A DNA stretch of 64,000 nucleotides from an uncultured Ruminiclostridium sp. (GTDB lineage Bacteria > Bacillota > Clostridia > DSM-8532): positions 20,119-84,118 of the forward strand of contig CAYMAE010000001.1 in the NCBI GenBank assembly GCA_964388375.1, in the 5' to 3' direction. The notes beneath the pieces were generated by a model. It saw only the letters and a program-made list of their open reading frames with translations, was not told the origin of the DNA and did no database searches. Shown here in pieces: positions 21,236 to 30,963 of this stretch. The position numbers were made by a program, and so were the translations under genes. How positions within the stretch are numbered: the first letter of the stretch is position 1; the number at the start of each line of letters is the position of its first letter.

Positions 21236-22009
21236 TTAAACAATAGAATTCATCTGATAAACAGCCTTTAAACCTTCCAAAGTAAGAAGTGGGTTAACCA
21301 TATCTATAGTACTTGACTCAATAGCAATAATCCTTGCTCTTCCACCTGTAGCAACTACCTTGATATCGTCCTCTTCCATTTCCTCCTTCATTAAATTAAC
21401 AATAAAATCAGTTTGTCCGGTAAACCCATATAATATCCCGGATTGCATACTGCTAACAGTAGTTCTTCCAATAACATGCTTTGGTTTAGTAATTTCTATG
21501 CGTGGAAGCATGGATGCTTTTGAAAATAGCGCCTCCGACGAAATTTTTATCCCTGGACAAATAATGCCGCCTAGATAATCGGCCTTACGATTTATTGCAC
21601 AAAATGTTGTGGCCGTACCAAAATCTACAATTATTACAGGCCCTCCATAGAGATTTAATGCCCCAACAGCGTTCGCAATTTTATCCGAGCCGACCTCGCG
21701 TGGATTCTCATACTTTATATTAATACCGGTTTTTATACCAGGTCCCACTAAGATAGTATCAATTTTAAAGTATCTTTTTATTGCATGAACAACCGAATAT
21801 ACGGCGGAGGGTACCACTGAACACATGATAGAAGCTGTTATTTGGCTTGGACTAATACCTGCATAATTCAATATAGACATAAGCAAAATGCCCATCTCAT
21901 CGGATGAGCGTTCCTGAGCCATGGAAACAGTCCAATTCCCTAGATGTTTATTGCCTTCGTATACTCCTATAGCACTATTTGTATTTCCCACATCAATGGT
22001 TAATAGCAT
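21236..22009 (-). CDS. coaX: type III pantothenate kinase
   Basis: 257 aa. LLTIDVGNTN start, DFGTATT and ATGG motifs of the CoaX/ASKHA fold. Confidence 0.9.
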   Translation of the reverse strand: MLLTIDVGNTNSAIGVYEGNKHLGNWTVSMAQERSSDEMGILLMSILNYAGISPSQITASIMCSVVPSAVYSVVHAIKRYFKIDTILVGPGIKTGINIKYENPREVGSDKIANAVGALNLYGGPVIIVDFGTATTFCAINRKADYLGGIICPGIKISSEALFSKASMLPRIEITKPKHVIGRTTVSSMQSGILYGFTGQTDFIVNLMKEEMEEDDIKVVATGGRARIIAIESSTIDMVNPLLTLEGLKAVYQMNSIV

Positions 22010-22023
22010 AGATTACCCCTTGG

Positions 22024-22569
22024 CTATATGCCTAATTTCACAGATTTTATTTGTCTTATCTCAAACTCGATATCCTTCTCAATACGTTCAACATCTGCCA
22101 GAATATCCTCAACTGTCTCAGTTAGCCTAGAATTTATATTCCTACTCTTAGCTTCGTTGTTGCTATTATATCTATTCCTATTATTTCGAGGGTTATTGTT
22201 TGAAGACGAATAATTCTGGCCTCCCGATTTATAGGTTGATCTTGTTTTATTTACAGGTTTTGCGTCCTGTGCATTTCTATCGTTTCCATTTTGGCCTCTG
22301 TTATCCCTTGCTTTGTCAGAATACCTAGAACCCTCTGCAGACTTTGCACGATCCTGATTATTGTATCTATCTCTGTTCACGGAGTTTCCCGAATTTGCAG
22401 GATTATTCGATTTTATTGTCCGACTTTCCTCTGTACCAGGACCTTTGCCTTGTGCATAACGCTTATTTTTATCTGGCTGCTTTTTACTATCATATCTTGA
22501 GCGTGTATTGCGTGGTCTATCCTTTTGGTATTGCTGATTATTGTTTTGAGTATTTGGATTGTTTTCCAT
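22024..22569 (-). CDS. hypothetical Asn/Arg/Ser/Lys-rich low-complexity protein with a short C-terminal helix
   Basis: 181-aa ORF. The first roughly 145 residues have almost no hydrophobic residues (NNNQQYQKDRPRNTRSRYD...NNRNRYNSNNEAKSRN). The C-terminus ETVEDILADVERIEKDIEFEIRQIKSVKLGI is amphipathic. The stop is 14 nt before coaX. Confidence 0.6.
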   Translation of the reverse strand: MENNPNTQNNNQQYQKDRPRNTRSRYDSKKQPDKNKRYAQGKGPGTEESRTIKSNNPANSGNSVNRDRYNNQDRAKSAEGSRYSDKARDNRGQNGNDRNAQDAKPVNKTRSTYKSGGQNYSSSNNNPRNNRNRYNSNNEAKSRNINSRLTETVEDILADVERIEKDIEFEIRQIKSVKLGI

Positions 22570-22667
22570 AAGAACCTCCCTAGTTTTTCAGATTATCTGT
22601 ATAATCTCATTTCTTAATACTTAGTTAACAGGTCATTTTGTTATAATATCATTTCAATTCTTCATTA

Positions 22668-23675
22668 TTATATGGGAACATCTCTTAAAGAGATCTCACC
22701 CGATAGGATTTTATCTGTAGTACCATCATCATACTTTACAAGAAGTTGACCGTCGTTGGTAATATCAATTACATCCACTTGAATCTTCTCATTTATAGTT
22801 AATAAATTCACTCTTTTTCCAAGAGTAATATTATGCTTTTTCCACTCTTCTACTACCCAAGTTGAACCCTTGTTCATAAAACTAAGGTAGACATCCTCCA
22901 GCTCATTTATTATATCAGAAGCTATTTGGCTTCTGTTAATGCATCTTTCTTCTCCACAGCTAAGCCTGAGAGATGTTGCACTAGACTTTAAATCGTCAGG
23001 AAAATCCTTTTCCAGATGATTTACATTAAGGCCTATCCCAAGTACCACCCATTCTACCCTATCTGCTTCTGCTGACAGCTCTGTTAGTATCCCGCATACT
23101 TTCTTGCCATTTATCAAAATGTCATTTGGCCATTTTATCCCTAAACCGCTTACACTATGCTTCTCTAATGCCCTTACCACAGCTACCGAAGCTGCTAAGG
23201 TAATTGTCTGTACCTGGCTTGGATGAATCAATGGTCTTAATAAAATCGACATCCAGATTCCCATATCAGGTTTGGACATCCAATTCTTTCCTCTTCGTCC
23301 TCTTCCGGAAGATTGAGCCTCGGCAAGCACTACTGTACCTTCTAAAGCGCCGTTTGCTGCCATCTTTTTTAGTTCGGTATTTGTAGAATCAATCTCAGCC
23401 CGAAACTTTAGGTTTTCCCCAATCATCGAGCCTTTTATTCCGCTTTGGACAGTTAGTCTGCCATAAGGATCCTCTCTTTTACCCAAAGAATAACCAAGCT
23501 TTGTTGAAGCTTCGATATCAAAACCTTCCTTTTTAAGAGCGTCTATCCTTTTCCAAACCGCTGTGCGACTAATACCCAGCAAATTACTAAGGTCTTCTCC
23601 CGAAACATATTGCTGCTTTGTTTCTTTAAGTATTTTCAGGATTTTAAGGGAGGTATCTTTCAACTCTGATGACAA
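22668..23675 (-). CDS. birA: bifunctional biotin--[acetyl-CoA-carboxylase] ligase / biotin operon repressor
   Basis: 335 aa. N-terminal HTH (YVSGEDLSNLLGISRTAVWKRIDALKKEG), GRGRRGKNW biotin-binding loop, KWPNDI motif and a C-terminal SH3-like domain. Confidence 0.9.
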   Translation of the reverse strand: MSSELKDTSLKILKILKETKQQYVSGEDLSNLLGISRTAVWKRIDALKKEGFDIEASTKLGYSLGKREDPYGRLTVQSGIKGSMIGENLKFRAEIDSTNTELKKMAANGALEGTVVLAEAQSSGRGRRGKNWMSKPDMGIWMSILLRPLIHPSQVQTITLAASVAVVRALEKHSVSGLGIKWPNDILINGKKVCGILTELSAEADRVEWVVLGIGLNVNHLEKDFPDDLKSSATSLRLSCGEERCINRSQIASDIINELEDVYLSFMNKGSTWVVEEWKKHNITLGKRVNLLTINEKIQVDVIDITNDGQLLVKYDDGTTDKILSGEISLRDVPI

Positions 23676-23688
23676 TTATTCTACCTCC

Positions 23689-24306
23689 TTAGGGTATCTT
23701 CAATACAATATATTCCATAGTCTCGCTATTGTAAAAAATACAATTTTTCTTATGATTATCTTCATAGCAACGGACTTTGCCCTCGGACTCTAGGTGCTTA
23801 TAAAAGGAATACAGTAGGAGGTTTCCAGAATCCTTGTATGTCTCCTCGTACTGGTGCAACCTATTTTCAAGATACAGGCTTTCAGAGTTCTCATATAAAA
23901 GGGGAATGTCCATACTCCGGCCGGTAAGCTCAATGTATTCAGGCAAAATTGATGTCATAACCAGTACCTCAGGGCTTCTATACATGCCAAAGCAATATTC
24001 CTGTAAGGGGACAATAGTTTTGTAATAATGCTCCATAAATTGAGGGTCTTCTAGCCCTAAATCATATAAAAGGCTATCTGCCACACTGCAATAATCAAGC
24101 CCTACTTCGAGACGAAGGCATTTAAAATTAGGGTCATTAATCATTTCTTTATTATCTCTGGGGTTTAAAAAAGCCCTAATGATCTTTTTATTATAATTAC
24201 TTCCTGGAATTGTAAGTTCGCGGTCATACCATTCTGTCAACTTTAGCCCGCAATCAATTACATCCTCTATTTTCTCTTTTGATACAAAAAAATAGAGCTC
24301 TGCCAT
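23689..24306 (-). CDS. hypothetical cytoplasmic protein, first gene of the birA transcription unit
   Basis: I trimmed the ORF to MAELYFF (ATG 24306-24304) because of the strong SD GGAGGAGAGGGA directly upstream, and because the longer ORF start would lie inside the predicted promoter. 205 aa, no TM segment, no motif recognised. The stop is 13 nt before birA. Confidence 0.6.
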   Translation of the reverse strand: MAELYFFVSKEKIEDVIDCGLKLTEWYDRELTIPGSNYNKKIIRAFLNPRDNKEMINDPNFKCLRLEVGLDYCSVADSLLYDLGLEDPQFMEHYYKTIVPLQEYCFGMYRSPEVLVMTSILPEYIELTGRSMDIPLLYENSESLYLENRLHQYEETYKDSGNLLLYSFYKHLESEGKVRCYEDNHKKNCIFYNSETMEYIVLKIP

Positions 24307-24349
24307 TCCCTCTCCTCCAAATAAGAACAAAACTACCCAATATGAAAAT

Positions 24350-24378
24350 ATTATATACTTTTTAATATTTATAATCAA
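24350..24378 (-). promoter_or_regulatory. promoter of the hypothetical-birA-coaX unit (TTGATT-N17-TATAAT)
   Basis: On the minus strand, TTGATT 24378-24373, 17 nt, TATAAT 24355-24350. Confidence 0.5.
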
Positions 24379-24413
24379 ATAATATTAGAGTTTTGGGAAA
24401 ACCCTGTTAATAC

Positions 24414-24442
24414 TTGACTTTATGGATTCTAAGATATACAAT
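24414..24442 (+). promoter_or_regulatory. hup promoter (TTGACT-N17-TACAAT)
   Basis: TTGACT 24414-24419, a 17-nt spacer, TACAAT 24437-24442. It is divergent from the birA-unit promoter. Confidence 0.6.
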
Positions 24443-24475
24443 AATGACGAAATTTTAATACAGGAGGAAATCCTA

Positions 24476-24751
24476 ATGAATAAAGCAGATTTAATCGGTG
24501 CTGTAGCACAACAATCCGGTCTTACTAAGAAAGATAGCGAAGCTGCAATTGATGCTTTCGTAACGGTTGTAGAGGATTCATTGGCAAAAGAAGAAAAGGT
24601 TGTTCTTGTTGGTTTTGGTACATTCGAGACTAAGCAAAGGGCTGCAAGAAAAGGCCGTAATCCCCAGACGGGCGAATCAATTGATATTCCCGCTTCTAAA
24701 GCACCAGTGTTTAAAGCCGGTAAGTCATTAAAAGACAAAGTAAATGCTTAA
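24476..24751 (+). CDS. hup: DNA-binding protein HU
   Basis: 91 aa starting at MNKADLI (SD AGGAGG 6 nt upstream). [22 protein letters not shown] beta-arm with the signature proline. Confidence 0.95.
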   Translation: MNKADLIGAVAQQSGLTKKDSEAAIDAFVTVVEDSLAKEEKVVLVGFGTFETKQRAARKGRNPQTGESIDIPASKAPVFKAGKSLKDKVNA

Positions 24752-24769
24752 TTAAGTTATAAAAATGAA

Positions 24770-24802
24770 GGGTGTAGTCTAAAGCTACACCCTTTATTTT
24801 TT
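24770..24802 (+). terminator. rho-independent terminator of hup
   Basis: GGGTGTAG / CTACACCC stem (24770-24777 / 24785-24792) followed by TTTATTTTTT. Confidence 0.85.
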
Positions 24803-25047
24803 AGTCCCTAGATTTTCAAATAATTCATTAATTATATGCCATCATAAATTCTTATAATTCTACAAATCTCTACAGGGGTAATAATAAAATCTAAATATTT
24901 TGACTTTTAATTTTTATAGTGTCACTATCATCATTCAATCATGCCAGTTCTAGCTTTCGACATGGTCAAAAAACAAGGGCAATTCTTTACCATTACAGGT
25001 TAATAAGTTAATATAAGTTGAATAATATATGATAACCAAATTGCTCT

Positions 25048-25091
25048 GGCCAGACTAAAATCCAACCCCCCGGTGGTTTGGCCTTTTTTTT
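25048..25091 (+). terminator. orphan rho-independent terminator (no annotated upstream gene)
   Basis: GC-rich hairpin (CCAACC..GGTTTGG, with alternative outer GGCCA/TGGCC pairing) followed by T8 at 25084-25091. The hup terminator lies 250 nt upstream. Confidence 0.6.
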
Positions 25092-25326
25092 ATTATTAAT
25101 AAGCCTTGCTACTAAAAAAACACTTGATTGTATGATTAAAAAGGTCCCTCTTTTCTAAGTAATATATATTCATCCATATTTAAATTCACTCTAATAAATA
25201 ATTATTTATTTCTTATACATGCTATAATTAACAGTATCATCTGTTTATGTACTAAAGGAAGGGTTAGTCTTTTTCTTTAGTTATTATGCATATTGGCATT
25301 TGTCTATGCCGAAAGGAAGGGCTTCA

Positions 25327-25920
25327 ATGATAAATGAAGGATTAAAGAAACAACTCGACTTTATCCTAGAGGTTGATAAAGCTAAGAATATCTTCAGGAT
25401 GAACAAGATACATGGTGGCTCCCGCCGTGAAAATGACGCTGAGCACTCTTGGCATCTAGCCCTCATGGCTTTTCTTCTAAGTGAGTATTCAAAGGATTCT
25501 AATATAGATATGTTCAAGGTTATGAAGATGTGTATTGTTCATGACATTGTAGAAATAGATGCTGGAGACACTTTTTGCTATGATGAGCTAGGAAAGATAG
25601 ATAAGCTTGAAAGAGAGCAAAACGCTGCAACGCGAATTTTTGGATTGCTTCCAGACCATCAGGGAAAAGAACTTCGCGAGCTTTGGGAGGAATTTGATGC
25701 CATGGAAACACCCGAGTCAAAGTATGCTGCAGCCTTGGACAGACTGCAGCCAATAATGCTAAATTACGCAAACGAGGGGGGAACATGGAAGGAGCACAAT
25801 ATTACTAAGGCACAAGTGTTAGAGCGTGTCCGCCCCATTAATGATTCCGCACCCGAGCTTTGGGAATTTACCTCCGAGCTAATTGATAAAGCTATCGAAC
25901 AAGGTTTTTTAGCTGAATAA
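25327..25920 (+). CDS. HD-domain phosphohydrolase (YfbR-like 5-prime-nucleotidase fold)
   Basis: Trimmed to MINEGLKK (SD GAAAGGAAGG 6 nt upstream). 197 aa with ENDAEHSWHLA and IVHDIVEIDAGD, i.e. the H..HD..D metal ligands. Confidence 0.8.
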   Translation: MINEGLKKQLDFILEVDKAKNIFRMNKIHGGSRRENDAEHSWHLALMAFLLSEYSKDSNIDMFKVMKMCIVHDIVEIDAGDTFCYDELGKIDKLEREQNAATRIFGLLPDHQGKELRELWEEFDAMETPESKYAAALDRLQPIMLNYANEGGTWKEHNITKAQVLERVRPINDSAPELWEFTSELIDKAIEQGFLAE

Positions 25921-25947
25921 ATATTGCATAAGGCTCATTCCCTTGTG

Positions 25948-27129
25948 TTACTTAATAAAAGTTGAAAACTCACGACCCATTTGGACGAAGGCCTCAAGCT
26001 CGGCCTTATCAGGCTGATATTTAGCTGATACAGGTTCGTGCACCATTTTTATGCCAGCCTCCCCCAATTCCTTGTGAATCTTTTTATGAGCCTCACCACT
26101 CCAACCGTAGCTACCAAAGGCTGCTCCGACCTTATTTTTGAACTTATGTCCTTCTATTTCTCCAATAAGGGCAGCAATAGAACGAAGATAACCGTTATTG
26201 ACAGTACAACTGCCTACTATGACACCCTTTGATTTAAATATCTCTGTCACTAAATCGCTCATGTCATTCAATGAGCTGTTAAACTGCTTAGAAGGCACAC
26301 CCTTTTCCTCAAGGCCTTTTGCTATAGAAATGGCCATCTTCTTTGTAGCATCATACATGGTATCGTAGATTATTGATACATAGCCCTCATCATAATTATC
26401 AGCCCATTGTGCATATTTTTCTACAATCTTCAGAGGGTCCTTTCTCCAAATCAAACCATGGCTAGGTGCGATTATTTCTATTGGAAGATTTAATTCTAAA
26501 ACCTGATTAATCTTTTTCTTTATAAGTGGGGAAAACGGAGTCAGAATCATAGCATAATATTTTATAGCTTCTTGCCAAACCTCACACTCGTCAACTTCGT
26601 CGGCAAAAATTGATGCTCCTGCAAAATGCTGTCCAAATGCATCATTGGATAATAGTACATTCGGCCCCTTAACAAATGTCATCATGCTATCGGGCCAGTG
26701 AATCATCGTCATATCAACAAATACTAGCTCATATTGGCCAGTGCTTAATGTGTCGCCAGTCTTGACTGGTCTAAAGTTCCAATCCTTATGATATTGCTTA
26801 CGTATCGTTTCAACACCCTTAACCGAGCAATATATGGGGATATCAGGGTGTCTTTCTAAAATATCAACCAACGCTCCTGAATGGTCAGGCTCCGAATGAT
26901 TAACAATAATATAGTCGATATTATCTATTCCAACCTCTTCTTCTAATGTCCTCATATATTCATTAGTGTGAGGATGCCATACTGTATCGACCAAAACGGT
27001 CTTTTCATCTTTTATAAGATAAGAATTATAGCTTGATCCGTGATATGTGGATAGCTCATTGCCATGAAAGCTCCTAAGCTCCCAATCCCTTAGTCCTAAA
27101 TGGTAAATTTGGTCTTTTACTTGTAACAT
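25948..27129 (-). CDS. class A flavodiiron protein (FprA / rubredoxin:oxygen oxidoreductase-like O2/NO reductase)
   Basis: 393 aa from the ATG at 27129 (SD GAGGTG 5 nt upstream). Metallo-beta-lactamase-like domain with the diiron motif HSEPDHSG, plus a C-terminal flavodoxin-like domain (GSCTVNN...FGSYGWSGEA). Confidence 0.9.
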   Translation of the reverse strand: MLQVKDQIYHLGLRDWELRSFHGNELSTYHGSSYNSYLIKDEKTVLVDTVWHPHTNEYMRTLEEEVGIDNIDYIIVNHSEPDHSGALVDILERHPDIPIYCSVKGVETIRKQYHKDWNFRPVKTGDTLSTGQYELVFVDMTMIHWPDSMMTFVKGPNVLLSNDAFGQHFAGASIFADEVDECEVWQEAIKYYAMILTPFSPLIKKKINQVLELNLPIEIIAPSHGLIWRKDPLKIVEKYAQWADNYDEGYVSIIYDTMYDATKKMAISIAKGLEEKGVPSKQFNSSLNDMSDLVTEIFKSKGVIVGSCTVNNGYLRSIAALIGEIEGHKFKNKVGAAFGSYGWSGEAHKKIHKELGEAGIKMVHEPVSAKYQPDKAELEAFVQMGREFSTFIK

Positions 27130-27182
27130 ATGCACACCTCTATTTCCTATATTTTCATGTTTCTTTTTTACTTACCCATATA

Positions 27183-27208
27183 AAGTGAATTATATTCAGA
27201 ATTCACTT
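27183..27208. promoter_or_regulatory. inverted repeat AAGTGAATT-N8-AATTCACTT, candidate operator of the flavodiiron gene
   Basis: Perfect 9-bp arms read directly from the sequence, 54-79 nt upstream of the ATG. On the minus strand the spacer contains TATAAT. Confidence 0.35.
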
Positions 27209-27314
27209 CTTTAGTCTTTGTGGTCCCTGCTTTGCTAGTAGTAGTGGTGTGCTGACTATATTGTCAGAATTTCACGCACCTTTATTAGCTACCAAGCGGC
27301 GACACAAATAGCTT

Positions 27315-30158
27315 CTAATTAAGAATGTCCTTCAAAAAATAGCCGGTATATGACTCTTTACAACGTGCCACTTCTTCAGGGGTTCCACTTGTAACGATTT
27401 TCCCACCAGCATCTCCTCCTTCAGGACCTAAATCTATGATATAATCGGAAGTTTTTATTACATCTAAATTATGCTCAATCACTATAATACTATTACCTGC
27501 ATCTACAAGCTTATGCAATACTTCAATTAACTTGTGTACATCGTCAATATGAAGGCCTGTGGTAGGCTCATCTAAAATATACATGGTCTTGCCTGTAGCG
27601 CGTTTAGATAGCTCGGTCGCTAGCTTCACCCGCTGCGCTTCTCCTCCTGACAAGGTTGTGGAGGATTGGCCTAATGTAATATACCCCAGCCCCACATCAT
27701 ATAGAGTTTGAATTTTTCTCTTTATGGATGGAATATTTTCGAAAAATTTAAGGGCCTCACTAACAGTCATCTTAAGTACATCAGCTATACTTTTACCTTT
27801 ATATTTAACCTCTATCGTCTCCCGATTATAGCGACTTCCCTTGCAGACCTCACAGGGCACATAAACATCCGATAAAAAATGCATCTCAATCTTTATTATG
27901 CCATCACCTTTACAGGCCTCACATCTGCCACCTCGCATATTAAAGCTGAAACGCCCTTTATTATAGCCTTTCATCTTTGCATCGGTCGTGCTAGCAAATA
28001 AGTCTCTAATATAGTTAAATAAGCCCGTGTATGTTGCTGGATTTGAGCTTGGCATACGTCCTATAGGAGATTGATCTATGTTTACAACCTTGTCCAAATG
28101 CTCTATTCCTAAAATATCCCTATGCGCTCCAGCCCTAGTTTTAGCTCGGTTGAGCTTTGCCGCCAGCTTATTATAGATGATTTCATTAACAAGAGAGCTT
28201 TTCCCTGAGCCCGAAACACCAGTGACGCAAACAAAAACTCCTAATGGAACATCCACCTCAATATCCTTAAGATTGTTCGCTCTAGCATCTAGTACCCTCA
28301 AAATCTTTCCGGTGAGCTTACGTCTTTTTTTGGGAACTTCAATTCTCTTGGCACCACTTAAATACTGCCCCGTTAAGGATTTAGGGTTTGCCTTTATGTT
28401 TTCTATTGGCCCCTCAGCCATAATAAATCCACCATGTTCTCCCGCTCCAGGGCCCATGTCGATAATATGATCTGCGGCATACATGGTATCCTCATCATGC
28501 TCAACTACTATAAGAGAATTACCTAAATCTCTTAGATGCTTCAACGCACTAAGAAGTCTATTATTATCTCTTTGGTGAAGGCCTATACTTGGCTCGTCTA
28601 AAACATAGAGAACTCCGGTAAGTCCTGACCCGATTTGAGTTGCCAGCCTTATCCTTTGTGCTTCACCACCCGAAAGACTTCCCGATGAACGCTTTAGAGT
28701 AATATAGCCTAACCCAACATTAGAAAGAAAGCTTAATCTTGAGTTAATCTCCTTTAATATTTGGTCAGCAACTATACCATCTCTTTTACTTAATTCAAGT
28801 TGTTTAAAAAAGATAGCGCATTGTGAAATTGTCATTGATGTAATATCATCTATATTCCTATCTGTAATTGTTACAGCTAGGCTTTCCTTTTTAAGGCGTT
28901 TACCTCCACATTCACGGCAATTAATGTCGCGCATGAACGATTCATAGTATTCCCTCTGCCCCTTGGATGTAGTTTCGAAATAGCGCCTTTCCATAGTATT
29001 AATAATACCCTCGAAGGCAGTTAGAAAGGATCTCTCACCACTATTATTACTGTACTCAATCTTAAGCTTATCTTTGCCTGTACCGTAGAGAATAATATCA
29101 ATAACATGCTTCGGTAGTTTCTCAAAGGGAGTATTAACATCAAAATCGTACTTGTCTGCAAGAGCATTTAGAATTGTCCTGCTATAGCTATCCTCCTTAG
29201 AAAAGTTCCATCCCGATTTAGCAATGGCTCCCTCAGAAAGAGCTTTTGTTTTATCCTCAATTACCAATTCTGGGTCTATCTTAAGATACGAGCCTAAGCC
29301 ACTACACTTCGGGCATGCGCCATAAGGATTATTAAAGGAGAATATTCTTGGTGTCAGTTCTTCAATACTTATACCACAATCAGAGCATGCGTAATTTTGG
29401 GCAAAGAGCATCTCCTCTTTGCCTATAACATCTACCATAAGTATTCCACCCGATAAATATAGGCACATTTCTACAGAATCAGTAAGGCGTTTATGAAGAT
29501 CAGAGCGTATAACAAGGCGATCAACTACAATCTCAATTGTATGCTTAAGCTGCTTGCTAAGCTTTATATCATCACTTATGTCCATAATCTCTCCATCAAT
29601 GCGTATACGGACATATCCATTTTTCTTTGCATTTTGGATGAGCTTTGTATGTTCACCCTTTCGACCTCTTACTACAGGTGCCAAAAGCTGAATTTTAGTC
29701 CCTTCCTCAAGCGCCATAATGCTGTCTACCATTTGATCAACAGTCTGTTGAGTTATTGGCTTATTACATTTAGGACAATGAGGCACTCCTATGCGTGCAA
29801 ACATCAATCTAAGATAATCATAGACTTCCGTAACTGTTCCAACAGTGGAACGAGGGTTCCTGGAGGTCGTCCTCTGGTCTATAGATATGGCAGGCGAAAG
29901 CCCCTCAATATAATCCACATCGGGCTTTTCCATAATACCAAGAAACTGGCGAGCATAGGCAGATAATGACTCTACATACCTTCTTTGCCCCTCGGCATAA
30001 ATTGTGTCAAATGCAAGAGATGATTTACCAGAGCCGCTCAAGCCTGTTACAACTACAAGCTTGCCCTTTGGAATTACTACATCAATATTTTTAAGGTTGT
30101 GCTCCCGTGCCCCTTTAATAACGAGATTACGGATGTTTTTCTCGGTTTTGTCCTTCAT
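27315..30158 (-). CDS. uvrA: excinuclease ABC subunit A
   Basis: 947 aa. Two ABC modules ([26 protein letters not shown] twice) and Cys4 zinc modules. Confidence 0.98.
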   Translation of the reverse strand: MKDKTEKNIRNLVIKGAREHNLKNIDVVIPKGKLVVVTGLSGSGKSSLAFDTIYAEGQRRYVESLSAYARQFLGIMEKPDVDYIEGLSPAISIDQRTTSRNPRSTVGTVTEVYDYLRLMFARIGVPHCPKCNKPITQQTVDQMVDSIMALEEGTKIQLLAPVVRGRKGEHTKLIQNAKKNGYVRIRIDGEIMDISDDIKLSKQLKHTIEIVVDRLVIRSDLHKRLTDSVEMCLYLSGGILMVDVIGKEEMLFAQNYACSDCGISIEELTPRIFSFNNPYGACPKCSGLGSYLKIDPELVIEDKTKALSEGAIAKSGWNFSKEDSYSRTILNALADKYDFDVNTPFEKLPKHVIDIILYGTGKDKLKIEYSNNSGERSFLTAFEGIINTMERRYFETTSKGQREYYESFMRDINCRECGGKRLKKESLAVTITDRNIDDITSMTISQCAIFFKQLELSKRDGIVADQILKEINSRLSFLSNVGLGYITLKRSSGSLSGGEAQRIRLATQIGSGLTGVLYVLDEPSIGLHQRDNNRLLSALKHLRDLGNSLIVVEHDEDTMYAADHIIDMGPGAGEHGGFIMAEGPIENIKANPKSLTGQYLSGAKRIEVPKKRRKLTGKILRVLDARANNLKDIEVDVPLGVFVCVTGVSGSGKSSLVNEIIYNKLAAKLNRAKTRAGAHRDILGIEHLDKVVNIDQSPIGRMPSSNPATYTGLFNYIRDLFASTTDAKMKGYNKGRFSFNMRGGRCEACKGDGIIKIEMHFLSDVYVPCEVCKGSRYNRETIEVKYKGKSIADVLKMTVSEALKFFENIPSIKRKIQTLYDVGLGYITLGQSSTTLSGGEAQRVKLATELSKRATGKTMYILDEPTTGLHIDDVHKLIEVLHKLVDAGNSIIVIEHNLDVIKTSDYIIDLGPEGGDAGGKIVTSGTPEEVARCKESYTGYFLKDILN

Positions 30159-30296
30159 ATATCTTCTTCTTTCAGTATCGATTATTATAGATAATAGCCA
30201 CTTTACAATTATCGCATCGCATATAGGCTAGTAAATATGATAACCTATATGTGTTTATAGAATCACGAAATTAACCAAATGGAAAATCATAAACAC

Positions 30297-30325
30297 ATTA
30301 TATCGAACGTATGTACGAAATGCAA
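30297..30325 (-). promoter_or_regulatory. uvrA promoter TTGCAT-N17-TATAAT with a LexA (Cheo-type) box in the spacer
   Basis: On the minus strand, TTGCAT 30325-30320 and TATAAT 30302-30297. The spacer holds CGTACATACGTTCG (30317-30304), one mismatch from the palindrome CGAAC-N4-GTTCG. Confidence 0.55.
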
Positions 30326-30501
30326 TATATCTTTATTAATTACCCTGATTGGGCTATATGAACATAATAAATATATTTTGATAGAGCATCGAAATAGAGA
30401 AAATGAATTGATAATTGGAAAATAAGAGAAACAACAAAACTGTATAGAAACATTTGAGTCGTAGGTACATTTTTGTTGCTCCTCTATTTTATTGATCTAA
30501 T

Positions 30502-30921
30502 CTATCTTTTAGAAGCATACTTTTCCTCAAATACCTGGTCACTTGATGTTAGATAGATAATTCCCTCAATAAGCCCAATTAGTGAAGGAATATAGGTCCA
30601 ACAAAAGAGTATATACAAAATACCCAAGACAGGCCTTCGAAGATAAAATTTATGTATGCCAATTCCACCTAGCACGATGCCTAGAATGCCAGCCGCAATT
30701 TTGCTTTTCCCAGAATGATAGGTAGGTGGCTGCGAATACGGATATTGTTGTTGTGTATACTGCGGGGGCTGCTGTTGCCCGTAGGGCTGAGATTGTGCAT
30801 ATTGCGGAGGCTGAGCCCGGACTACAGGTGTCACTTCTGCGCCGCAAAATTTACATGAAGATGCACTACCATCTAAAGGGGCCCCACATTGTACGCATGA
30901 TCTTTGTTGTAAGTTTGACAT
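30502..30921 (-). CDS. zinc-ribbon / Gln-Pro-rich linker / TM2-domain membrane protein
   Basis: Trimmed to MSNLQQRS (SD GAAGGAG 9 nt upstream). 139 aa with CVQCG..x13..CKFCG, then a QPPQYAQSQPYGQQQPPQYTQQQYPYSQPP linker, then two TM helices of TM2 type (GILGIVLGGIGIHKFYLRRPVLGILYILF). Confidence 0.75.
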   Translation of the reverse strand: MSNLQQRSCVQCGAPLDGSASSCKFCGAEVTPVVRAQPPQYAQSQPYGQQQPPQYTQQQYPYSQPPTYHSGKSKIAAGILGIVLGGIGIHKFYLRRPVLGILYILFCWTYIPSLIGLIEGIIYLTSSDQVFEEKYASKR

Positions 30922-30963
30922 ATTATTCGACTCCTTCATATTATAAATAAAATATGTATTTTT

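Noticed and set aside
24385-24738. 117-aa minus-strand ORF
   Set aside because: It is exactly antisense to the clearly genuine hup gene. It has low-complexity composition and no SD.
29493-29966. 157-aa plus-strand ORF inside uvrA
   Set aside because: It is antisense to a highly conserved uvrA segment and has no translation signals.
30432-30478. Terminator for the SPFH operon (CAACAAAA / TTTTGTTG)
   Set aside because: The stem is AT-rich and only 8 bp, with a 31-nt loop. That is too weak to call, even though a U-rich tract follows.
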